In this document: in pieces, positions 19,101 to 30,936 of the stretch
Layout of the letters: every line of letters starts with the position of its first letter
How positions within the stretch are numbered: position 1 is the first letter of the stretch
Source of the DNA: a virus
Taxonomy: Duplodnaviria; Caudoviricetes
Virus record (IMG/VR): IMGVR_UViG_3300046170_000454
Span: 1-64,000 of that record
Direction: 5' to 3' (one strand)
Length of the DNA: 64,000 nt
Notes under the pieces: generated by a model
Told to the model about the DNA's origin: nothing
The model's input: only the letters and a program-made list of their open reading frames with translations
Databases searched by the model: none
Made by a program: the position numbers and the translations under genes

Positions 19101-20822
19101 CTGTTCAACCAATCCGTCTTAACCGTGTCGTAAAAGGTAAAGTTGTAGAAGGAAGTCTCGTTAAGCGAGCCTTCGATGACTAAAGAGAGGTTGCCGTAAT
19201 CTTTAAACTCAGAGTCTCCCGCGCCACCTGTGATGTCGTTAGGATGTAATCTTGATGAGCTTACGATGTATTTCGCGCCCGATAAGGACATAACATTAGC
19301 CTGCCCGTCTTGCGCCCAAAAAGAGTAATATGTCTCATCTCCGTAAGTGGCGATAAGAGGCAAAATGCTTGCGGAGTACGCTCTCTCAACGGGCTTTAAG
19401 ATATAGCCCATATCCTGATTAGCCGTACTAGGGAGTGAGCTAGAGATTTTCTTCACGTCTTTTGCGAGGGGAAGCGCAAAGGGTCTACTAGAAGGCAAGG
19501 TGACCTCGAAGCTCCCACTCGATACTCCCGCGTATAATCCGTACAAGTCAGAAGACGTTGGCATATTACCGTCTCTGACGAGACTCTCAAAAGCCCTCTC
19601 GGTTCGGAAGTGGAAGAGTACATAGACAGTATCTGAGCTTACCTCAAAGCGGTGTCTAAACTTTGCTAACTGAGAATAGAGAGGGTCTTGGTCTGCAAAG
19701 TTGGAGTAGCCACCTGCAAACGTGAAGTTTACACCGCTATCTAGTGAAAGCGTTGGCTTATCAAAGAAACGGTCTTTGTGATCCGTGGGAGTGTCAGAGA
19801 GCCCCTCGTAATCTGTGAGCGCAGGGAGCCGATATCGGAAGAAGTTGCTATCGTCTCCGCCACCAAAAGCCACAGAAGTCGCTCCTAAAATGGGGATCGG
19901 ACTCTCTACGTCAGAGCTTCGCGGGTCAGCAAACAATCTTACAAGACCAGCATATTCATTAGCCCCGCCTACAATAGCTTCGGAGGACAGCCTATCAACT
20001 CCGTTATGGATTTCGGAGAGGTCATACTGACCTGACTTAGTGCCAGGGGAAGCTCTCTCCGCTTTTGAAGAGGTTGTTTCCTGTCTCACCATCATTTCCT
20101 GTAGCAATGCCTCCACCTAGTAAGATTGCAGAGACACATCTTTCTTCTAGGTTAGGGGAGAGCACAAGAGAATACTTTTGATCATCTGCATTGGGAGCGA
20201 TAAAGAAAGACACAAGTGCCAAAACACCTTTATCTGCGGGGAGCACTGTGCCTGAGATAACTGCGTGTGAGAGGCTGTTAGGGTAGATGCCACTTGTCTT
20301 CAAGTTATTTGTACCGCCTGTTATACGATAAGCACCTTCAAGCCCTTCCCCGCTCCCACCGCCTGTGTAAGACCCGTCGCTAAGGTTAAAGTTAGCGTCA
20401 GTCGCCCCTGAGTCTACCGCTGTAGGAGGTATGTCATACCGAGGGTAGATCGCTTCAAGAAAGTTGTTATCCGCAGAAATGCCTGTCTTTGCTGTAAGAC
20501 CTGAAAGGCTGTCTGCGTAATGTAGGCGACCCGTGAACACCGCGCTGTTGTAATCGTACTGATTAGACTCTACTGCGCCAGCTTTAAGAACACCCCAATC
20601 GGGTTGGAGAGTCTGATCTGAGGAACCAATACCCTCAGGCACGTCATATAAGTCTCTAATGATCTGCTCTAATGTCTCAGCCACAGTGCCTGTGCCGTTA
20701 AAGATAATCTCTAAAGCATCGTGAGCCCTGCTATCAGAAAGGTGCAGGTTAAGACCAAGATTAGGCGCACTGCTCGCAGGAACGCTCTCTGTAATGGTTA
20801 CACCGTTAGAGTTCTTAGCCAT
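16196..20822 (-). CDS. Large virion structural protein (~1541 aa) interrupted by a +1 frameshift at 20043-20049
   Basis: Removing one C from TTC CCC TGG joins ...SGESF-PGTKSGQYD... of ORFs 20037-20822 and 16196-20116. Confidence 0.7.
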
Positions 20823-20823
20823 T

Positions 20824-23800
20824 TTAGTTTACCTCTCTCTTTTCAATGATCGGACATCCTTGAATTCTATACAAAGACGCGGAAACTCGGTTGCTGTCAT
20901 CGCTAGGGTCGAGCGGATACTGCACCTTGTTCTCAATAGCTTCTCCCCATTGACATAAAACCAAAAGGAATAGCTCACCCGCTTTAATAAACTCATGGTT
21001 TTCATTAGGAGTCACAAGGGCGAAAAGCACATTCCTGTGCGGTGTGTACTTTGTGAGAGGCATCGCGCTCGTAAACAGTGAGTACCTGAGATTATCCGCA
21101 AAGCGATTTCTTCCGATAATCGAGATGTTGTCATAATAGACTCGACCCTCAGCGTCTGTTAGAGGATCATTGAGCTCGATAAGGAACTGCTTTTGGTTAT
21201 ATCGCTCAGAGTGGTCGTATCCCGTCTTAAAGACAGGGGGGCTCACTAGAGGCAGTTTGATTAAGCCTAGATCAAAAGCGCCCATTGGGGTGCTTACAAG
21301 TGTGTCTCCGTCAAACTGCCAATCTCCGTAGAAAACGGGAGAGGCGATGCTGTCTCGAATAGGGATAAGGTCGAACGGATTAGGGTATGGCGAGGGCAAT
21401 CCCATGCTTCCCTTACCTGTAGTGTTGCACCACAAGCCGTCTTCGTAATCTAGCACCGTGAGCGAAACATTAGGAGGTAAAGCCCCGCCTCCGCTCTCTA
21501 AGATAGACCCGCCCTTTGCTCCGAAAGTCTGAGGTGATTTAGACCCGTAGTAGAACAGGATTTGATAACCGTTAGCCCCAGCATTAGGCACAGGATCTAA
21601 AGAATAATAGTGGATGAAGAGGGAGCTTGAAAGAGTGAAATCAGGGAAGCTCAGGTAAGTGAACCTAATCTCCCTCTCTGATCCGCCGTAGTCCACATCA
21701 AAAGACACTAAATAACGGCTTGATGCGTCCTCGTCAGGGCTCACAATAGGCGTAAAGAGAGTAGCCGCCCCATATGAAACGTCCGCGTGAAAGAACACTC
21801 TCCGAGAAGTTTTAATGGTGTAGGTTTTAGTTGCGGGATCGTAGCTAGGAACAACCTTTTCACGGTATCTTACCAAGTCCCCATTAGAGTCTATTCGACC
21901 GCCAACCTGATTAACCATAGCCTCCCTAAAGCCTTCTCTTAAGCCGAGGCGAGCAATCCCTCGACTGTCGCTCGGTCTTTCGGTAGGGTCGTATTCAAGA
22001 AAAGGTACGATAGTGTTAACGTCAGAAGGGTCTTTTAGACCACGGTATACCTCATCATTACCACTTCTTCTAAACGCGCCTATCTCTAATAGACGGTGAG
22101 GGGTATCAGTTAGTCCGTAGCCTTGAGGGTAACTAATCTCTAGCTCAACGAAGATGCGCATGTCGCTACCTACGTCAACGGGATTACCCCCGTTGTCTAA
22201 CCCGCCGACAAGTTTGTAAGCGGCTTTGAACGAACCGTCTGCGTATCGACCGCCTGCATCTACGTCCTTGAAGTTAGACCCTAATGTTACGGTGACCTTT
22301 TGTGTACCAATCCCCTCTACATTCTTGACGTAAGCATTAGTGTCGAGGGATGTGCCTGTGCGTCCTTCATTATGTTGGACACCAACGACACCCGTAATCT
22401 TAACACCGTTTGGGGCAAGCTGATTAAACGGCTTGTTTTGACCGCCTGTCCAATCTGAAATCGAAGAGCAATCCAGCTCGTCTAAATCTAGGATTAGCTG
22501 ATCCCCGTCGTACCAAAAAACACTTTCAACGCCAGCGCCGTAGGTGGCTTTATTAACGTATTTACCTGCGTTGATACGAGGGCTGTGCTCAGGTAGCTCG
22601 CCTTTACCTAAGAGAGCTAACTGAACAGTCGCAAAGTCTATCGCGTTTGCTCTGTCGCCTGGAGTAAACTCAAACACACAACGCTCAATCACGGGTGCGT
22701 CTGAGAACCTTCGGCTAATGTGATCGAAGTTTCTTATAATCGGCCCTGCACCATTAAGATCGCCTTGACCGCCTAAAGTATTATCGCGCCCTATTTGGTT
22801 ACAGACAAGCATCTCGGAGGAGTAATCCCCTGTACCATTACCAAGAAGGTTTTTCTCGCCTGCGTCCATAACCCAAGAGGAGAGCTCCCCGTCCATTAGG
22901 AGGTGAGCATTCTGTCGGATCAAGACCTTGGAGTCTAAATCCTTAAGGACGTGCTTTCGGCAGTCTAAGAAATCTGTCTCTTCTATAATGTTGTAAAACT
23001 TATGGTCGGGTCTGTCTGATTGCCGTTGAGGTATCGTCCCCACAATCGGATTAACGAACCCTGAATGCGACCAACGGATCGCTCCGTTGGTGTCATTGTA
23101 AGGGTCAAAACCCGTAGGGCTATTATTACGGCGATATACCCAGCCGATGGGTATCGCATATACAAAGCCGTCCACTGTACCGAGCGCGTTCGCAGAGCTT
23201 TCACTGCCGTCTCCTGCAATATAGAGCCCGCTGTCGATGTGAGGATAGGCAGAGGCATCTGAGTTAAGGTTAGAAGTCGCCCTATCCGCTGGTACAAAAG
23301 GATAATCGGCAACCGCTTCACCATTTACGCCTCTAGCGAAAAGTTGAGCTGAAGAAAAGCCGTCAGGATTAGTTTTATAGTTGAGTGCTTCCGTCTCTCC
23401 TGTCACTCGAATACGGTACTGTGCCTGTATTCTTTGAGTAGATTGCACGCCCACGTCATCATCTGCAATATCGTCTGTAAGATAAAGGCTAGAGTCTACC
23501 CCAACATTACCGTAGCGATACACAGAGTCAGGGTTTGGTTTGTTAGTGCCGTCCTCACCGCCTCTCAAAGCAAAGCTAGAGAGCGCCACACCTGCTGGAT
23601 CAACATTAGAGTTTAGAATATAAGTGTTGCCGATAGTGCCTGCTTCAGTAGCGACGATAGTTACTCTACCGCCTACTGCTGTCGCGGTGTAGCCTGTGAG
23701 CCCTGTAACCTCATTAGCAAAGTTGCCTGAGGCTACTCCTACATTTGAACCGATCTCAAACTCGCCTGCTATGCCCGTGGCGGTTGACCGCGCAGTATAT

Positions 23801-24321
23801 GTGTCTGCTCCAATCCTAATCGTATCTCCGTCGTTGATCAAACTTACGTCTAGGAAGTCAATGTGGCCCCTAGCTTTAAGCGCGGGCTCTACTTGCGCCT
23901 TCCAAACCTCTAAGAATACGAAATCACTTCGCTTGATACCGCCTCCCCCAACACTAGCATCTTCTAAATCTATGAGGTTTTCACCATCGGTAGAAGCTGT
24001 GTCTGCTACACGAATTTGCATTCCTGCTACAACCGCATCGAGGTTACGCATCGCGAAGCTGTTAACGTATGTAGGGTTAGGGTCAACACCGCCTAATACT
24101 CTAGGAGGACTGAAAGTAAAGTCGCGCAAAGGGTTCATGTCAGAGCGGTTTAGCAAGAAACCTGACTTGCTAAGCTCTCCTTGCTGGCTCTTAAGCTCTT
24201 GTTGCAGGTTTAGCTCTGAGTCTAAAACAGGCTTCCCTGATTGATAGACGATACTAATCCATGACGCGTCTTGAGCACTCAAATCGCGAGATACTGAGGA
24301 GTTTTGTAAATACTTACTCAT
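20824..24321 (-). CDS. Large virion (baseplate/fibre-associated) protein, paralogue of 10035-15434
   Basis: YQSGKPVLDSELN, DFVFLEVW, GTVDGFVYAIP and YRIQG motifs shared with 10035-15434. Confidence 0.7.
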   Translation of the reverse strand: MSKYLQNSSVSRDLSAQDASWISIVYQSGKPVLDSELNLQQELKSQQGELSKSGFLLNRSDMNPLRDFTFSPPRVLGGVDPNPTYVNSFAMRNLDAVVAGMQIRVADTASTDGENLIDLEDASVGGGGIKRSDFVFLEVWKAQVEPALKARGHIDFLDVSLINDGDTIRIGADTYTARSTATGIAGEFEIGSNVGVASGNFANEVTGLTGYTATAVGGRVTIVATEAGTIGNTYILNSNVDPAGVALSSFALRGGEDGTNKPNPDSVYRYGNVGVDSSLYLTDDIADDDVGVQSTQRIQAQYRIRVTGETEALNYKTNPDGFSSAQLFARGVNGEAVADYPFVPADRATSNLNSDASAYPHIDSGLYIAGDGSESSANALGTVDGFVYAIPIGWVYRRNNSPTGFDPYNDTNGAIRWSHSGFVNPIVGTIPQRQSDRPDHKFYNIIEETDFLDCRKHVLKDLDSKVLIRQNAHLLMDGELSSWVMDAGEKNLLGNGTGDYSSEMLVCNQIGRDNTLGGQGDLNGAGPIIRNFDHISRRFSDAPVIERCVFEFTPGDRANAIDFATVQLALLGKGELPEHSPRINAGKYVNKATYGAGVESVFWYDGDQLILDLDELDCSSISDWTGGQNKPFNQLAPNGVKITGVVGVQHNEGRTGTSLDTNAYVKNVEGIGTQKVTVTLGSNFKDVDAGGRYADGSFKAAYKLVGGLDNGGNPVDVGSDMRIFVELEISYPQGYGLTDTPHRLLEIGAFRRSGNDEVYRGLKDPSDVNTIVPFLEYDPTERPSDSRGIARLGLREGFREAMVNQVGGRIDSNGDLVRYREKVVPSYDPATKTYTIKTSRRVFFHADVSYGAATLFTPIVSPDEDASSRYLVSFDVDYGGSEREIRFTYLSFPDFTLSSSLFIHYYSLDPVPNAGANGYQILFYYGSKSPQTFGAKGGSILESGGGALPPNVSLTVLDYEDGLWCNTTGKGSMGLPSPYPNPFDLIPIRDSIASPVFYGDWQFDGDTLVSTPMGAFDLGLIKLPLVSPPVFKTGYDHSERYNQKQFLIELNDPLTDAEGRVYYDNISIIGRNRFADNLRYSLFTSAMPLTKYTPHRNVLFALVTPNENHEFIKAGELFLLVLCQWGEAIENKVQYPLDPSDDSNRVSASLYRIQGCPIIEKREVN

Positions 24322-24340
24322 GCTATTTGCCCTTTACCTC

Positions 24341-24970
24341 TTAAAACGTGAAGCGCCAAGTGATGGTCAAAACCGCTGTGCTCGGTTTAGAGATCACGCT
24401 AAACGTGAGGTAGTTTACGAGCACGTCAAAATCTCTAATATCTACGGTTGTGTCGTAGTTTGGATAGGAGTCAGGGTTGAGTGTCTTAATGTTAGAGTTA
24501 AGGCTAATCGGGCTGATAACTCCCATTTCGTTGAGAGGCCCTACCGCTTCCGACTCCGAGAACGTCGTAGTGTAATCTACAATATTAGTCGGTACACTCG
24601 AAACCGCTCCGTTACTATCCCTGTAGACTACGCTTGAGAAGCTCTTTCTTGAAATCTCGTTGTTGAGCTTACGTTGGATGTTCGTCGGCGCGGTCGGGTT
24701 TAATAAGTCCCCTGTCGCCCCTGTCCCTATTGAGAGCATATATAAGCCTCTCTCGCTCTCTCTCGTAGAGAACATAAAAGATGCTAGGACACCAGCGTCC
24801 CTAGTTATGATGTTCTTACGCTCGAAGTGCTCAAGAAGCTCTCCACTTTCAACGTCATGGAGCTCTAAAATAAAGTCTCCTCTAGGGGCTTGGAAAGTCT
24901 CTCTTTCGGCTAATGTAGCCCCTATGGAAAGGTTCGTGTTGCCACGTTTAATGCTCTCTTGCTTAATCAT
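24341..24970 (-). CDS. Baseplate/tail-fibre attachment-type structural protein
   Basis: NIIT...SIGTG...LNNEISRK...F..SEAVGPLNEMG...LTITWRFTF pattern, typical of myophage fibre-attachment domains. Confidence 0.6.
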   Translation of the reverse strand: MIKQESIKRGNTNLSIGATLAERETFQAPRGDFILELHDVESGELLEHFERKNIITRDAGVLASFMFSTRESERGLYMLSIGTGATGDLLNPTAPTNIQRKLNNEISRKSFSSVVYRDSNGAVSSVPTNIVDYTTTFSESEAVGPLNEMGVISPISLNSNIKTLNPDSYPNYDTTVDIRDFDVLVNYLTFSVISKPSTAVLTITWRFTF

Positions 24971-25025
24971 AAATCGCTCCCTCTAAAGGTTTTCTTACAT
25001 CCTCAATCTTATAGGTGCTTTATTC

Positions 25026-27494
25026 CTACAAGCTCAAAGGTGTCGTAACGTCTCCCTCAAGGGGGCTACCTCCTTGAAGAATGGAGTTCAGATTTAACTC
25101 ATTAAAAGTATTCAGTCTAGGATAACTGCCTAACTGTACAAGCTCTCCAAAGGCGCTCTCCTCTGACAAGTTGAGCGCGGAGTCCTCTCTGAGGAGTGTC
25201 TCGTCTCCGTCTTGATTAACTACGACAGAGCGCAATGTAATCATCGAGAAAGGGTCTTGAGCAAGCCTGTCTACTGGCCCTAAAACAGGGCTCTTCTCAA
25301 ACTCAGAGCTTAACGTCGAATATCCTGTCGTGCTACCGCCACCTAGTATGAACAACCCTCCGTCTGTAGAAGAGCCTTGAGGTCTAATCCGCTTTGACTC
25401 TTCCGTAAAAGAAAACTCAAGGCTAAACACCGAAACTGAGCCTTCATCGTCTGCTATCGTTAAGATGTCAGACTCTCCCTCAGAAGGTATTTGAGTCTTC
25501 ACACCTCCTCTCGAAGAGACAATCTCGAAAGGAGGTGTTCCCTCCGCTAATAGATGAGGGCTGTTCTCTAAAGGCTGGCTTTGTAAATACGTTTGGGTAA
25601 TCGGCTTGGCAGGCGGGAAGATTACCTCAGCGGTAAAGTCTGACCCTGTAAAGCTAGGCACGTAGACTCTTTGCGTCTCCACTTCAAACGTGAAACTCTG
25701 AGATACACCGTCAACCAAAACCCTGTAGATGCGCTCTGCTCTCATGTCAGCATCGTAAAGGCTGAGGTATTCTTTAGCCGTTGACTGTAAGATTACAGAC
25801 TCAGGGGTGATGTCTCCAATGTATTCACCACTGCTGACCACATTAAACTGATTGAGCTTAGAGCCACTGTTTAAGGTAAGGTCGCCTAGGGTGTTTGAAT
25901 ACAAGCCCTCAAAACCTAAATACCTGTGAGCTACGCGCTTTTGTACGGGCGCTCTGAAGCCTTTATTGAGCGACCTTTCTTGATTAAGGTTATACCCTCC
26001 GCTGTTCAGCGTCTTCATTTGATAACGCTGGCTCGCTTTACGGGTGTAGTAATAATCTACGACGATAGTGCTGTCCTGTAAAAGAGGCTCTACTAAGGCA
26101 ATCGTAATCTTACCTTCTAACGGGCTCAGCCGTACAACCTCAACCTCTTCTCCGTCAACCAACACGGTAACGTCTCTCGGCTTAGCGAGCGCGGAGTCTC
26201 CTTGGCGAGAAACAACGGGGGTCAGTGTTGTCCTGATCATATTATTAGAGAATGACTCTACGGCATTCTCTATTCGGTTATACGTTTGAGCACGTCCGTT
26301 TGGGTTAAGGATAATCCCATAGTCGTGTCTCTCCCCAAACACCACTCCTGTCGCTTGCTCACGGAGTCGAAGAAAAAGGGGCTCTACTTTGAGAGAAGGG
26401 TAAGCCCCTGTTTTGTTAGGATCATGTCTACCAAGCACTCCATTAGCAACGATGACATGGATTTCGTAAACTCCTAAGTTTAAGCCTTCTTTAATCTCTA
26501 AAGTCTCACCCTCTTGGAGTATCTTAAAGTCTGCGGAAGAGTCCGTAAACACGCCGTCCTTAAAGACACCTGTCCCCTCAAGCCCTGACAGACTTGTAGA
26601 GTATGCCCTAGGTGTTGAGTCGTCTATGAAAGAGAAAGCCTCTGTAATAAAATACTCTCTACCGCCCACGGAGAGACGTGATAGATTAGGCTCGACATTG
26701 ATGAGGTCTGAGGTCGAGGCGCGAAATACATTACCCTGCACAAACCAGCCTGAGGTGCCTGTAATCTCTCGGTACGCTTGGAAGTTGTGGCGAGCATCCT
26801 CATAGTGGTACGACTCTAAAACGTAGCTGTCTTCCCCGCTCTTTATGACACCCTCAAGTATTTCTTTGAAGACGTGGCGATACTCGTAAATGACATGTGC
26901 AGGCTTTAGAGCTTTGAGAATAACACCGATATTGTTTTGCGTGGCTACAGGGTCTTCAGAGAAGGCGCTGTAATCGTCTTTGTGAACCTCTAAGAGCAGG
27001 TTAAACTGTTCACTGCTGACAGGGTTTATTAGATACCCTTCTATGATGTCAACTTGAGCCTCTGTCAGCAAGCTGACACCTTCTCTTAAAACTTCAATCT
27101 TAGACCCTTGTAATAAGAGCCTAAGCATATTCTTTAGAAAGTCTCGATAAGTGACATCGCCCTCTACTGTTAAAGGCTCTCTGCTCAGGTCAGGGAACAC
27201 CGCACGACCCAGCTCTGAGAGTAGTGTCTCAGAAGACATGGTGTCATAAAAGGCTTGCCCGTAAAACACCTCTAAGATTACGTGGTAGCGAGCAACTTGA
27301 TCTAAAACCACTTCATACTGAAGGGTATAGTTAGGCCCTAGCGCCATGCTCACGTAGTTTGAAGGCAGGGATGCTAAGAAGCTCTCGAAGAGTTGAGACT
27401 TGACCTCTTCAACGCGATTGAGGAAAGCCTGCCCTTCAAAATCAAAACTAGAGGGGTCGATAAGCTCAACCGAGCCGTTGAAGATAGGCTTCAT
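25026..27494 (-). CDS. Baseplate wedge subunit (gpI/gp7-like N-terminus) with C-terminal extension
   Basis: YRDFL..LLQGS and LKALKPAHVIY motifs; follows the baseplate-J-like gene. Confidence 0.65.
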   Translation of the reverse strand: MKPIFNGSVELIDPSSFDFEGQAFLNRVEEVKSQLFESFLASLPSNYVSMALGPNYTLQYEVVLDQVARYHVILEVFYGQAFYDTMSSETLLSELGRAVFPDLSREPLTVEGDVTYRDFLKNMLRLLLQGSKIEVLREGVSLLTEAQVDIIEGYLINPVSSEQFNLLLEVHKDDYSAFSEDPVATQNNIGVILKALKPAHVIYEYRHVFKEILEGVIKSGEDSYVLESYHYEDARHNFQAYREITGTSGWFVQGNVFRASTSDLINVEPNLSRLSVGGREYFITEAFSFIDDSTPRAYSTSLSGLEGTGVFKDGVFTDSSADFKILQEGETLEIKEGLNLGVYEIHVIVANGVLGRHDPNKTGAYPSLKVEPLFLRLREQATGVVFGERHDYGIILNPNGRAQTYNRIENAVESFSNNMIRTTLTPVVSRQGDSALAKPRDVTVLVDGEEVEVVRLSPLEGKITIALVEPLLQDSTIVVDYYYTRKASQRYQMKTLNSGGYNLNQERSLNKGFRAPVQKRVAHRYLGFEGLYSNTLGDLTLNSGSKLNQFNVVSSGEYIGDITPESVILQSTAKEYLSLYDADMRAERIYRVLVDGVSQSFTFEVETQRVYVPSFTGSDFTAEVIFPPAKPITQTYLQSQPLENSPHLLAEGTPPFEIVSSRGGVKTQIPSEGESDILTIADDEGSVSVFSLEFSFTEESKRIRPQGSSTDGGLFILGGGSTTGYSTLSSEFEKSPVLGPVDRLAQDPFSMITLRSVVVNQDGDETLLREDSALNLSEESAFGELVQLGSYPRLNTFNELNLNSILQGGSPLEGDVTTPLSL

Positions 27495-30400
27495 TAGCGC
27501 ACTCCTGTAGTGTTAATGCGTGATCTCACTTGGTCTTGCTCATAGGTAATATTAACAAGACCTAAAGTGATAAACTGAGTGTCGGAAACGCTGATGTCTC
27601 TCGCCTCATTAGGGCTCAACCCTATCGTGTAAGTGACAGCATAAGAATACTCCGAAGGATTATCCCCCGTAAGGAGCGAAATGAGGACTTTGCTCGCCGT
27701 CAGTCGCTTCCTCTCAGCGAGGATTTCCGCGTCACTTAACCCACCTGTAGGGTTGAGCGTAAGATCATCAGTGTAGCCCTGAATAACAGCGCCTTCAGAC
27801 CCTATGATGTACGCTTGATTTGAGTAGTTTGACAGGAGCGAAATACTAGGGGCGAGAACCATACGGTCAGTGTCTTTAAAGACTCCTCGATATGACCCTT
27901 GCTCACCCCCATTTTCTTCAGGAATAAAATCTAGAGAGTCTCCTACTAACCAAACCTTTACGGAAGGTGTGCTTAAGGAAGGCATTATGACAGCTCCACC
28001 GAGCCCTACCGCTACAGCCTCTCTTACGATTTGTGAACCTACGCTTAGGGTCATTTTAGATAGAGGCAACTGCACATAAGAAACACCGTTAGTCTTGTCC
28101 ATCGCATTAACGATATCTGAGACTCTTAACGGGTCGCCCATCCTCAATGATCCTACGAGGGCGCTTAAGTTAGATCGGATATCGCTATCTACGAAAGCGG
28201 AAGAAGAGCCTGAGCTCAAGACCACTACGGCAGATATGTCTAGCTCAACCTCGAAAGCCTCGTTGATTAAAACATCTGCCGTAGCGTGCTTCTTTTTCTC
28301 TACCATGCTCTGTAAAGTTGATAAGATTAGGTTTGTCCTATAGCGCACTGAGAAGTTTTCTGCGTGCGAGTAGTCAAACAACACTGTTTGCCCTGAAGAA
28401 ATCCGACTACCGTCTGTCCTCTGTATTCCATAAGGAGTCGTTGAGCCTCCTTCGATGGTAATATAATCAAGGTCTACCTGACCTGAATAAGGGCCGTAAT
28501 ATTCAACAGAGCGGTCTTCGTTAAACACCCTTAGACTAAAAGGGTTTGTGCCGAGCTTGTTGAGAGGCTCTGTAAACTTCTCTAAGATAACGTGGCTCTC
28601 TCCCTCTACCACTATCGGTAAAGCCGAAAGCTCACCGCGCACGTCTTCAATAACAATCTCATCTCCTGATTTGGTTGAACCTCCGAGGTCTAAGATGTTG
28701 TTAGGGTGGTTTAGATAATAAGACAGCAAGCCTACCTGACCCGATACCTCGCCTGTGAGAGAAGAAATCTCTTTGACGGGCTGGCGCGTGAAGGTGTGTG
28801 TTGTCCCTGTCCTTAATCTAAAGTCTCCTAATATTATGTCTGTCAGACTAAAAGCTGGCTGAGTCACGCTAGAGGAGAGCCTAATCGTGTTGTAGCTTAT
28901 AATCTCCACATCAGTAAGATCGAACCGAGCGCCTGTCGTGGCGTTGACAAGACCTAGATTGAGTGCCGAGAAGTCAAGCATGTTGACGATAGGATTATTC
29001 ACCGAGAGGTCATTATCAGAAGCCCTGAAAGTCAAACTCCCTACAAGGTCAAACACCACCTTTTCTTTTACATCAAAAGTGAAGGCGAAAGAGTCCGTCA
29101 CGTAGGTGTCTTGCTCACCTTGCACCCAAATGTCTACCTTGCCTCCTGAGTGTAGCCCTGTGGCTGGATCAACATCCCTGTTCATTAAAGGATCGCCTGC
29201 TGACACTACGGAAGCCGATATAACATTAGGAGCATTAGAGATAAGGCTGTAATAGCCTTGAGTCGTTCCTGTGTCGATTGAAGAAATCGCTTGCTGAGCT
29301 CTAATCGAAAGGGCGAGATTGCTCTCTAAATCTAAACCGCCATAAGTCTCTGCGGTGTTTGTTACTTCAAGACCCCTAATGTCAGAGATAATCGAGCTGA
29401 TCTCACCTGCGGTCACGTTAGAGATCGCCCCTGTACTAGAAGCCTTGATAGGTATAGTCACCTCATAACGATTATTAATAGGGTTATAATAAGAAGCGAA
29501 CCCGTTAAGAGGGATAAATCCTTGTGTTGTCGTCCTAAACTCAACGCTACCGCTCGACACAATCGTACCGAGCGGTATCCTCAAGTCTGCTGTGGGTTGA
29601 GTCCTAGTGAAGAAAATCACCTCTCCGCGAGCGGCTGTGCCTTGATTACGGGTAACACCGAAGTTAGAGGCGAGGCGGTCAAAAGACAAGTCGATGATGT
29701 TCTGCACGCTGTCGTTTGAGGGCAAAAAGAGTGCTTGTCTCATTAGAGATTTATAGCTTGAGGAGTCTACTGATACAGACGTGCCTGAGAACGCAGGGTC
29801 ATCTATCGCTAATAAGGTAGAGAACGACGCAGAGCGGTAGACGTAATCTACGACAAATCGGATGCGCTCAGCCTCTGATGCAAAAGGGTCTAAGAAAAGA
29901 TCCCGTATTGCAGAGCCCTGGGCTCACTGATGCTTGAGGGCTGTTCCTATAAATACCCAGCACCGCGTCTTCTAATATTTGTTGACGGCCTACTACAGGG
30001 ATGGTGGGTAAAGTAGTGTTGAGAAGTATAGGCTTAGCGGATATCTCTGAAGAGAGACTACTCTCGACCTCTGAGCCCGAAACAGGATTATAATAAATCG
30101 CAGTAGCCACGTAAAAGAGAGGCTCGCTGTTTGCTACAGTGGAGAACCTAGCTGAAGGTATTGTGGCAGGTATACTCGTTGTGGTCGCTGTACGGACGTG
30201 TTTGAAAGAAAAGGTCTTAGAGATTGAGAGTGTGCTAATCTTAACCTCTGCTCTCAGCTTTGTAATCTCTTCTGAGATAGGCACAGCCTCATCAAAGTTG
30301 ACCACCAGCGCCTCGTTTATAGAATTGATCTGTGTTCCTTTAACTCTAAGCCTTAAAGGGTCTGCATCCTCTGCAAGAAAGTCGGTTTCGAGAGTAGCGT

Positions 30401-30935
30401 ACTCAGAGACGTTTTCTTTTGTCGCGCCGTCCCTAATAGGGAGGACATTGATTTGACGGTATCCCTCGACACCACCGCCCTGTATCTCTGAGCAATACAG
30501 GTTGTAGCCTATAACATTAGAAGAGCTGAGCCCTTCGACATTAATCACAACATAATCACTAAACTGCTCGGCGCTTAAGCCTGTGGGCGGAGTCAGCTCT
30601 TGATTAAAGTCGCTAGCGACCGCCAGCTCTATGTTAGCAATCGCTGTAGCTACAAGATTAGAGTCGTCATTATAGCCCTCAACCTTAATCTCATTGATCC
30701 CTGCGACGAGCTCGATACCCTCAGAGAGCGCAAGGTTAGGTAAAGTGAAGGTTGTGTCCGTAGCGTCAATAAGCTCATCTTGAACATCAGGATCATAGAC
30801 TCCTCTTACGATGACTCGGAATGAAGAAATATTCCCGTCAAAAGAGCCGTTTAAGGATAACAGCGCCCTGTTCGTGGTGTAGTTAAGAGAGGCTACGTAA
30901 TCTTGACTAGGGCTTTGTAGGTATATATTCGCCAT
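27494..30935 (-). CDS. Baseplate J/gp6-like wedge protein (~1146 aa) with N-terminal Ig/FN3-like domains, +1 frameshift at 29916-29921
   Basis: LASNFGVTR..GTAARGEVIF, IPLGTIVS, VTNTAETYGGLDLES and GGKVDIWV. Deleting one G gives SPGSAIRDLFLDPF, in frame with 27494-29743. Confidence 0.8.
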
Positions 30936-30936
30936 G

